NCBI GenBank assembly: GCA_964016885.1
Contig: OZ024743.1
Location: 163,308,001-163,372,000 of the forward strand
Length of the DNA stretch: 64,000 bases
Reading direction: 5' to 3'
Source of the DNA: Eledone cirrhosa
Lineage: Eukaryota
The position numbers were made by a program, and so were the translations under genes. The notes beneath the pieces are model-generated. The model saw nothing but the letters and a program-made list of their open reading frames with translations, did no database searches and had not been told where the DNA came from. This document shows, one piece after another, positions 54,488-64,000 of this stretch (position 1 is the first letter of the stretch; each line of letters starts with the position of its first letter).

Positions 54488-55009
54488 ATATATATATATA
54501 TGTGTCTATATATATATATATATGTATATATCATCATCATCATCATCACCGTTTAACGTCCATTTTCCATGCTTGTATGGGTTAGATGGGTCGTTCACAT
54601 CGAGAGACAAGTCTGGCCAGAATTGGCCACACTGTACCTTAGTCCAGCAGGTCTGTAAATTTGGCCGGGGTTTTTACAGCTGGATGCCCTTCCTAACACC
54701 AACTACATTTATAGTGTGGAACTGGATGGCACCATTATGAGGAGGGAAAGGCCAGTTGTTCCTGCCAAATCCTATCACAACATACCCACAGTTTGGGAGC
54801 CTGGAACTGGATGACATCGCTATGAGGAGGGACAGGCCAGTTGGCCACACCAAATACTTCTCACAGCTGAACCGTAATTTGCGAGCTACAAGCACATTTG
54901 CAGTGTAGAACTGGATGGCACTGCTATGAGGAAGGACAGGCCAGATGGCCGCACTGAACACTTCTCACAGCCTGTCCTCATGAAGGATATATGGTAGGGT
55001 GGAGTGGGG

Positions 55010-56200
55010 GTGGCGCATACTATATATATATATGCTTCAGCTTCAGCCTGTGCCCATGGGATGGCGGGTCTTCTGTATTTCTGCATAATGCCATAGATCC
55101 CGATCCTGTGCCATCGTCTTTGAGAGGTGAAATTGAGCAAAGTCAGCTTTTATCACCTCATCCCAAGTTTTTGGGGGCCTCTCCACTCCAAGGCTTTGAT
55201 TAACTTTGAACATCCTGCACTTTTCTATACAGCTGTCATCCTTCATATGTATCACATGTCCATTCCAATGCACACTGCATCTGATTCCTCTTATACTTAG
55301 TTTCTCTCTCAGTTTCTTTATGCTTTGCCATTCACATAAATTACTATTACACATCAACTGGAGCATGCAGGCTTCATTTCTATGCAAGTCTTCTGCAGAG
55401 GTTTCACTACCATGCAACATTGCTGTTCGTATGCATACATCATATAGTCTGCTTTTCATTTTGAGGGAAAAGCCTTTTGTAGCTAGCAGTGGTAGTAACT
55501 GTCTGAACTTCTTCCCTCCTGTTCTCACTCTGGCTACTTTACTTTCAGAAAATCCACTTCTGCTGCTAAATTGGTTACCCAGGTAGCACAAACTGTCTAT
55601 GTGTCTACCAACCTTCCAGGAATTTGATGGCGCTTGTTTCCTCTGGGCATTGTTTCCTCTGCTTACTGCCTCAGTGCAGCGACTAAATGTGAAACCTACA
55701 TTTTTAGCTAGACTACCTGAGATCCCACTACATCTCTTGTACCCATAGTTTGCATTTGGGGCAGAGGATGGAACTTCTACCTACACCTTTCCTACACAAT
55801 GAACAAGGCCATTTCCCTGAGGGGATCAGGGCTCTGTTTTTTCTTATAACACCACCCCCTCTCTATAAATTTGGTACCACAACATCCAGTCCAAATAAAT
55901 GAGATAAATGAGATCGAGATGGGGATCGTGTAGGTGTCACGAGAAAAAATCACACAGTCCACGCTGTAATGTGGTCGTGTAGGTAACACGGTAAAAAGTT
56001 CCCAGTCCACACTGTAAATGTGGTTGGTGTTAGGAAGGGCATCCAGAAATAGAAAACCTGCCAGATAGTCCTATATGAGTGAGACACGGTCACCCGACCA
56101 ACCTTGCCTCGAGTGGGACAACTCCCGTCTAACCCATGCTAGCGTGGAAAGTGGACGTTAAACGAGGATGATGATGATGATGATGATATATATATATATG
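55010..56200. mobile_element. Chimeric RTE composite, copy 2
   Basis: Same 182-aa pseudo-ORF and same junction as 10500-11690; continues leftwards into minus-strand RTE 3' UTR (~54530-55010). Confidence 0.85.
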
Positions 56201-56402
56201 ACTTATTATCTTTTATACCATAAACGTGGTTTTGTCTTTGCGTGTAATTGTTTTTCACCGCTCCTATTAATGACGTATTATTCGTTTTTTCCCGTTCTTT
56301 GCCAGCGAACGTTACCACGAACCAAAGTATCGTCTTCCTGTCTTCCTCCGGTTGCAACGTTTTTTGAAATATCCAGTTCTGCATTTACAGATTGACTTTG
56401 TT

Positions 56403-56453
56403 AGTTTCAGAAGATCCTGTTAAGGGTGAAAGCAGCGATTCTTTGCTTAAACT
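56403..56453 (+). ncRNA. Type I hammerhead with variant core CAGAAGA
   Basis: agttt CAGAAGA tcc tgttaa ggg t GAAA gcag cgattct ttgc TT aaact; the same CAGAAGA is in the minus-strand copy at 38129-38177. Confidence 0.62.
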
Positions 56454-56566
56454 TTAATCTGTTATTTTAATAAATATTTGCTCTACGGTTCTTATATATT
56501 TGATATATATTTTCCTTATCGAGCCCTCTTTGGATTTTAGTCTTCAATTTTATTATTATTACTATA

Positions 56567-56670
<104 letters not shown>

Positions 56671-59456
56671 GTTTAACGTCCATGTTCCACGCTTGCATGG
56701 GTTTGGACGGGAGTTTTCCCACTTGAGGCAAGAGTGGTTGTCCTATTATAAATACAAGGAGTTAAGGAATCTAAAAGCCAGAGAGACCGAAGCAAGCAGT
56801 CCGTGTTAAGGTTAACGATGTAGCAGACCTTTCACTCTATCATTCTCTCTCCTGGCCTTTACTGGTTATCACCTTCTCGGCCACAGACACAGCCAGCCAT
56901 GCCTGCCTGACAGATTGACCACTACTACTACGACAATAATGTATTCTAAGAATAGGCGCACACATACACACACACACATAGTAAGTTCATATTGTTTACA
57001 TTCTACGCTCATTCTATTCTTCCTGTCATATTGTATCTGTAAGATACAACACAACTTTTACTATATCGTTTTCTGTGATACATGTATTTGCGCTAACTCG
57101 TAGAAGTTAGTCAACTAAATATGTAGGGCTAATTCATGTCATCAATATTATTACTCGATGTTCAAAGTGAATACTTTTATTATAAAATAAATGTTGTTAG
57201 CAACTCAATCATGGCATTATTCTTTTCATCAAAACTACCATACAAAGAATACCACTTATCCACTACATATATATATATGTATATATATATATTAATACAT
57301 GAGTCTATTAATTCCGAAGCATATGAGATTATTACCAACCTTGGTATCGGGAAAAAAACAGAACCCTTCTTCCCAAGAATTCCGAGCATTAGTCTGAAAG
57401 ATCACAAAACAAATTTTCGAACCGACTTGCCTGTAAGACTAATTGCCCCTTCTAAATATGACCTGGGGTTGTTAGTAAATCCATCTTAGATAGAATTATC
57501 CCACAGATTTGCTCTAATTCTCAATTAAATTTATGGTCGGGTACTTCTGATGTGATAGACTGGTTCAATGACCTGAATAATAAAAGCAAACTAAAATTTA
57601 TTCAGTTAGACATTGCTAGCTATTACTCTTCTATTTCTCCTTCACTCATTAACTAGGCTCTCTCATATGCGTCTAAATACTCGGACATCACTACTGATGA
57701 ATTGAACATCATTCTCACCGCAAGCAAAACCATCCTGGAATTTAACAATAAATATTGGACAAGAGCTGATACTTTCAACAATTTTGACATCACCATGGGT
57801 TCGTCGGATTCAGCGCAATTGACAGACTTGGTTGGAATTTTCAGCTTGAACTCTTTAAATCGGAAAATTCCTCAACTTCGCGGTGGAATATATCGTGATG
57901 ATGCTCTTTTTACTGTCTTAAATTATAACAAAGTAAACCTTAATATTATTAAGAAAAATATACTTGAACTATTTAAGCATCTTAACCTAAAAATAGAATT
58001 TGAGAATAATGATAAATTAGCAAATTTCCTCGATATATCCCTTAATCTAGATACCGGCCTATATTACCCATACCATAAGGATAATGAGAACCTAAATTAT
58101 GTTAACTTTATATCAAACCACCCTAATAATGTTAAAACTGCTATAGTCAGAAGTGTTGAAAAAAGAATTTCTAATTTATCCTCTAATAAACATATCTTCG
58201 ATGCTAATGCCAACTATTATAATAATGCGTTATCTAGGGTTGGATATCCAGACAAAATTAAATACACTAAGGAAACTAATCTTGGCAGAACTTATAGTAA
58301 TGTAGTTAGTTATAAGCATACCAGTAACATAAAGAGGAGACCTAGATATAAAAATATCCTTTGGTACAAGGCTCCCTTCTCTCTTTCACTTATTAGTAAT
58401 ATCCCTAAATTATTTTTTAGGGCTTTAGATAACAGCCCCCCCCCCCCCCACCTTTCACATATTTATAGAAAGATTTTTAATAAGCATACCATTAAATTCT
58501 CATATTCCACTACTTCCAACTTTTCAAAAATTATCTCAAGACATAATTCTAAAATATTAAATAATAACTCATATGCATCCAACCATGAGAATCATAATAA
58601 TAACACTCTAAGGCCCAACGTCAATGTAAACTCTAGGCAAAATAACATAAATATAAATACGACGTCAAACGTATCTTTGAGGAATGCTTCAAATAGTAAT
58701 GTAAATCAGCAAACTTTAGCACCTCCTTTAGCTAATTCCACCACTCCAGTTCCTATTATAAATAATCCTGGGCCACTGGTAAATAACTCTGTTAATAATC
58801 TTAATCGTAAATGCAACTGGCCTATTATAACTAATTGTCCTCTTAGTAATTTCTGTCTCAATAAAAACTTAATATACGAATGTAAAGTGGTAACTAGTAC
58901 CAATACCTATACCTACATTGGCTCTACTTCTATTTCTTTTAAAGCAAGACACTATAACCATTCTTCTACATTTAAATATCCACTTAAAAGGACCAGCAGA
59001 ACTTATTTGGTCCTTAAAAGACAAAAACTTTAATTACGAAATCTCTTGGTGTAAAATTTGCAACGCTTTACCTTACACCAACGCTTCCATATCTAGGGTT
59101 TGTAATTTATGTCTAGCTGAAAAATTTACCATTATCTCGAATTTCAACTCTTTAAGACCTTTCACAAAGTATACAGCTAATGTCCTATAACTTATTCTAC
59201 GAATAACGGTTAATTTTTTACACATATATTTTTATACATATATCTTTTCACACATTTTTTTCTCACATATTTCATTATATTCTACAATGTTTTAATCCCC
59301 TTTTCTCTGCATTATTAAGCCTTTCACCTTCTTTCTCTATTGACGTTAATTTTTTCGTTCAAACCTTCGTAGATTTTGTAAACAATCTATGACGTCATAT
59401 CTCTTTTTACGTTTATAAACCTTTCTAGCAATTTCCTTTATTTACTTGTTGATATA

Positions 59457-59641
59457 AAATAATTGTTTCTACTTTTTGGCACAAGGCCAGCAATTACCCA
59501 GTGCATTACTTTATTTTATCGACCTCGTAAGGATGAAAGGCAAAGTTAACCTCGGCGGGATTCGAACTCAGAATGGCAAGGGCCGTAATTCTATGCGTCA
59601 AAGCATAGCGTCCGACCCTCTACCGATATTGCCAATCCACC
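59457..59641 (-). mobile_element. Nin-domain SINE inserted in a PLE 3' region
   Basis: Same consensus; TSD cttgttgatataaaataat. Confidence 0.88.
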
Positions 59642-60285
59642 CTTGTTGATATAAAATAATAATCAAATACTATACCCCCACATATATACATTTTTAATAG
59701 TAATATTTAATTTTGGCATAGATAGACTATTCTTATTTTTATTTATTATTTATTATTTTTTATTCTAGTCTATCTTATTTTATTTTATTTAAAAAAACAC
59801 TTTTTTATAATTATTATAATTATTTTTAATTTAATTTTTATTTTATTTTATTTTATTTTATTTTATTTTATTTTTTAATTTTTTATTTTATTAATACATT
59901 TTTACACTTCTTAATCCACTTTTTAGTATTCAAACTCAATATTAAATAATATACCCACTAGACCACTAATATTTCTAATATTAGCACATTCACCTCATCA
60001 ATTTATTTATTTATTTATTTTTAGTTTTATTATATTTTTTTTAGCGTTATTCACAGCTGTTTTTCATTTTTGACAGCGTTCCCGATCAAAAGTATCTCTC
60101 TCTCTCTCTTTATCTTTCTCTCTCCTCCTTCTTTCTTTCTTTTTTCCTCTTCTATTTCTTTTTCGTTTTTCCTTCTTTCCTTTTCTTCATTTTTCCTATT
60201 TTTTCTCTTCTCTTATATTTTTGTCATATGTTGACTGGACACTTTCTTGTTCACAAGTGTTTTTAGGCCTCATATCATGTTACCT

Positions 60286-60355
60286 TATTTTATCTGATGA
60301 GAACACAATTTTTGTCCCAGGATGATGTTGTTTTCGAAATGCGCATAATAAAATA
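60286..60355 (+). ncRNA. Type I minimal hammerhead at the 3' end of a PLE
   Basis: tattttat CTGATGA gaacacaa ... ttgttttc GAAA tgcgca TA ataaaata; palindromic tgcgca stem III. Confidence 0.9.
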
Positions 60356-60519
60356 TATGGAACTTATTTAACTATCTTTTAATTTCTTCTTTATTAATAC
60401 ATGGTAAGTTAGGCATACATTTTTATGATGCTAGTCTTTAAATAGGTGAATCTCATTATTGGAAGTGATTCACATATGTTAGCTAATCTCTGTCATCAGT
60501 TCATTAGGAACTGTGTGTA

Positions 60520-62430
60520 TATCATCATCATCATTTAACGTCCATTTTCCTCACTAGTATGAGTAGGATATTTGTGAAAGATCAGGGCAGAAGGCCTTCA
60601 TTCACATACATGGAACTAATTTTGGCTTATTTTCTACAGCTGGATACCCTTCCCAATGCCAACCACATTTACAGTATGTGCTGGGTGCTCTTTGTCGTGA
60701 TACAAACACGACCACTTTACAGTGTGGAATGGGTGTCTTTTGTTGTGACACCTTCACGACTACGTTATAGTGAGGGCTGGGCACTTAATGTCAAGGCTCC
60801 AGGTGGACAACTTTTTAGTGACAGTTGGGGACTTGGATGGGGTGGGGAAGAAGCCTGGAGAATTAGGGACATAGGTATAGGGGTGGGATGATTACAGCAA
60901 GGGAGGTGTATGGGAAAGGAGATGGTAGGGGAAGGTGTTGTGTACTTGGATGGGGTGGGAAAGAAGCCTGGGAATTTTGAACATAGGTATATATTATTAT
61001 ATATATGTATATACACATATATATATATATAATATTATTATATATATATGTATATACACACATACATATATATATCATCATCATCATCATGATTTAACAT
61101 CCATCTTCCACGCTAGCATGGGTTAGATGGGTTTGTCCCATTTAGAGTAGTTTTATTACTTTACATGGCTGAATACAAGAAATGTAAATCTGAGTTTTCC
61201 AATATTAAAAATAATATTCAATACGTTTGTAATTATGCAAACACCCTCGTAAACTGTGTGAGTAGAATGACTCTATCATTCTTGCTCCTGTGTTGGCATA
61301 TAAACAGAACGCCAGGCAGATACTAATGTTTCTGGGTTATTACCCTTCATCAGTACTATATACTGTTTACCTGCCAACTGTCAGAGCTAGTGAAAATATA
61401 TGATATTTTCTGGAAGCTTGCATATGATCAGCAGTGCTGCAGAGAAGTGTGATCTGGGCAATATGTGCAGAGGACCTATGACGATTTGAAAGAAATGAAG
61501 CCCACATGCTCTGATAGATATGTAATACTAGTGTGCATGAATGTCAAAGCATCGGTGAACTGAGAGAGAAACTAGGCATAAGAGAGATCAGATGCAGTGT
61601 ACAGGAGAGTATATTGTGGTGGTTTGGACATGTGATGTGAATGGAGGATGACAGATATATAAAGAGATACAGGGTACTCAAATTTGATGGCAACTATGGA
61701 AGAGGAAGACCTAGGAAAACTTGGGATGAAGTGATAAAAGTTGACCATGCCCAATTAAACCTCACAAAGATGACACAGGATTGAGACCTCTGGTGTCACG
61801 TTGTAATGCAGAAGACCCACCTCCCCGTGTGCACAAAGTGAAATGTAACAAACATGCAGAGGATACACTAGCCTGCAGCAATCTTTCACACCCACCATAT
61901 CTTAATACTCTGATAACACCTAAATATGCTACACACCTAATCAATGTTGAACTCATTTACCTGCCACCCTTCCCAGCCTTGATACACCTCACCTACCCAG
62001 CCCATGAAAGCTTGACACACTTGAGATCTGACCTCCCACAATGCTGCGCCATGACAAAATGCACAAAGTCCACCCTGTATGCTGATCTGGCACCACAACA
62101 ACAAAAGCACCCAGTCCATGATGGTGACACAAGAAAAAGCAAAAACTGTTTGGGCCACACAGTATGGTGACTATGATGGTGACACAACAAAAAGTACCCA
62201 GTTCATATTGTAAAGTGATCATGTTGGTGACACGATAAAAAACAGCAAGTTCACCCAGTAAGGTAGTTGTTTCAGTGCCACAATAAAAAAACACTCAGTT
62301 CACACTGTAACATGGTTGTAGCCATGAAAACCAAGCCTAAATACAGATCCATATGAGCAAGATGTGAACTGTCTCATAATGTGACAATCCATGTAACCCA
62401 TGCAAGCATGGAAAATGGATGTTGAACGAT
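60520..62430. mobile_element. Cluster of old RTE 3' fragments (minus ~60520-61140, plus ~61430-62430)
   Basis: RTE 3' UTR motifs, [12 protein letters not shown] remnant, (cat)n tails. Confidence 0.7.
61315..61375 (-). ncRNA. Disrupted hammerhead (family shared with 13988-14035)
   Basis: Minus: ggcaggtaaac [agtatatagta] CTGATGA a gggt aata accc a GAAA cat TA gtatctgcc; stem I is displaced by an ~11-nt insertion. Confidence 0.55.
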
Positions 62431-62585
62431 CTTCTTGCATACGAGTTGGTCTCAAGTTGTCATTTTCCTGATCAAAATCAGAGCTCAGTGACCAATTTCC
62501 AGGACCCACCACAAGGAGGTTGACAAACATGGGCCAATGGTAAATGATGATGATGATACAAAATTAAAAACTTTGTTTTACTGAC

Positions 62586-62708
62586 CTTTGTTGTCTTCTT
62601 TTTTGAACTTAGGACAAGTTTCACAACAGAGTCTTTCAATATCTCGTTGGTAACACATGGCAGGTGTAATGTATTTACAGCGAGGTACTATATCACCATA
62701 TTCACAAT
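62586..62708 (-). CDS. Host gene internal exon A: Cys-rich module (D)CEYGDIVPRCKYITPAMCYQRDIERLCCETCPKFKKEDNK
   Basis: Minus strand: polypyrimidine acceptor tttctctctatcAG, 123-nt open frame, donor G|GTcagt; phase 1-1; six-Cys pattern shared with exons B and C. Confidence 0.88.
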
Positions 62709-62835
62709 CTGATAGAGAGAAATAGGTTAGAATGTCATTCTCAAATACTACTGCGGAATTGGCAGAGTTATTAGCATGTGATACACAATGCCTTAATGTA
62801 TTTACTGTTTTATTTGTTTTAATCATTAGACTATC

Positions 62836-62985
62836 AAGGTGGTGAATTGGTAGAGTTGTTAGAATGCTGGATAGAAAGCTTTGCAGTATTTGTTTCGGCT
62901 CTCTGAGTTCAAATCCTGCTGAGATCAACTTTGCCTTTTATCCTCTTGAGGTCGAAAAAAAAGTGCCAGTCTAGTACTAGGGTTG
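62836..62985 (+). mobile_element. Diverged Nin-domain SINE
   Basis: gagttcaaatcc B box plus gccttttatcctcttgaggtcgaaaa. Confidence 0.65.
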
Positions 62986-63649
62986 ATTCTTTCTCTTTAT
63001 CTTTCTCACTGCCATTCTCTCACTCTTTCTTTCCTTCTCTTGAAGAAATCTGTTGTATTCAGACCTGGAGAGGATTAGGCTCCACCAGGTTTGAAAAAGA
63101 TACCCTAGAAACGTTCTATGTCAATGTGATGCCTGTATGACTTCTTCAGGGATTACAGAACGATGCATGCAATCATTAGACTACAACCATTTTGGGGCAC
63201 CACTGTAAAGGGTTTTAGTTGATCATATCGATCCCAGTATTTCTTATTATTCAAGTCTGGTACATATCTTATCAACTTCTTTGTTGAACAGCTAAGTTAC
63301 GTTGAATAAACAACGGTAACATAAACACAAACACGAACATACATACACACACACACACATATATATATAATGGGCTTCTTCAGTTTCCATCGAACAAATT
63401 TCACTCACAATCATGGTCAACTCCTTAAGCATGCAGCCATGCTTACACTTATAACTGATCAGGTTCTCCGTACTCTCAATTCAAATATCACCAAAGTAAA
63501 TTTTGCCTTTCATCCTTGCTAGGTCAATAAAATATAGTACTAATCCAGAAGAGAGATAGATTGACAGATTTATTAGAGTCAAACAAGATGCTTTGCTGTA
63601 TTTGTTCCAGCTCATTTGCAGTTCAAACCCTCCACTGAGGTTTACTTGG

Positions 63650-63720
63650 GTGGTACCTGGCCCTTGTTTGGTATCTGGCCCTTGGTAGTAACTGGCCCTT
63701 GTGTGGTAACTGGCCCTTAG
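63650..63720 (+). repeat. Short tandem repeat (ctggcccttg-ggta, about four copies)
   Basis: Visible 16-18-bp units. Confidence 0.8.
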
Positions 63721-63803
63721 GTGCATTGTTTCTTTTTGGGTAAACTGACATCTGACTGTTTAAAGGAGACTTCAAAAGTAATTAGTAGCTACGTTTTTTG
63801 AAA

Positions 63804-64000
63804 ATGGACAACATTTGACAATGTGGTGTTATCAAGTAACTGCAGAAAAAGGGTTCAGCCCCCAAAGACATTCATACTGACATGGTTGCTACATTAGGGG
63901 ACGATGCTCCAGCTTTATCAACAGTGCAAAAGTGGGCAGCTGCATTTAAGAGGGGAAGGGTGAGTTTTGAAGATGACCCAAGGTCTGAATGTCGTGCAAC
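63804..64000 (+). mobile_element. Mariner transposase N-terminal (HTH) fragment running off the window
   Basis: KGSAPKDIHTDMVATLGDDAPALSTVQKWAAAFKRGRVSFEDDPRS with in-frame stops upstream. Confidence 0.8.

Larger units (their letters stand above)
57290..60420 (+). mobile_element. Penelope-like element (probably Naiad-type) with 3' hammerhead
   Basis: FDITMGSSDSAQLTDLVG, YRDD, NFLD; CPLSNFCLNKNLIYECKV...YIGST...FKARHYNH; CNLCLAEK; frameshifts; a SINE is inserted at ~59457. Confidence 0.85.

Noticed and set aside
58811-58822. CNW (TGC AAC TGG) in the PLE Cys motif as a possible former selenocysteine codon
   Set aside because: TGG is equally one step from TGC/TGT, and I could not identify a SECIS downstream
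62709-62928. N-terminal part of the 116-aa ORF containing exon A
   Set aside because: Intronic and SINE-derived read-through upstream of the splice acceptor
63101-63156. Minus-strand CTGAAGA with gtca/tgac stem and agaa/ttct stem
   Set aside because: The GAA of the catalytic core is absent; at best a remnant

Overview
Very AT-rich, (TA)n-riddled animal genomic DNA, most consistent with a coleoid cephalopod (Octopus-like), judged from Nin-domain and CORE tRNA-SINEs, a Ceph-domain-like RTE 5' UTR and dense RTE fragments; this assignment is an inference. The only host gene I can support is the 3' end of a minus-strand gene: three small phase-1 exons (62586-62708, 35858-35986, 17881-18023), each encoding one C-x-YGD...CC-x-[TS]C cysteine-rich module and separated by introns of about 26.6 and 17.8 kb. 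Most of the rest is transposon debris: RTE, CR1, a decayed Tx1, a Dong/R4-type RLE element with an unbroken ~1200-aa ORF, four Penelope-like elements (PLEs), mariner/maT elements and SINEs. The most striking hidden layer is a dense set of type I hammerhead ribozyme motifs from several unrelated repeat families: 7 with canonical cores, plus variant and decayed ones. These include a 305-bp retrozyme-like monomer with a 38-bp terminal redundancy inserted cleanly into a mariner ORF, and several fold-back palindromes centred inside the ribozyme. All RNA structures were paired by eye and need computational and experimental confirmation.
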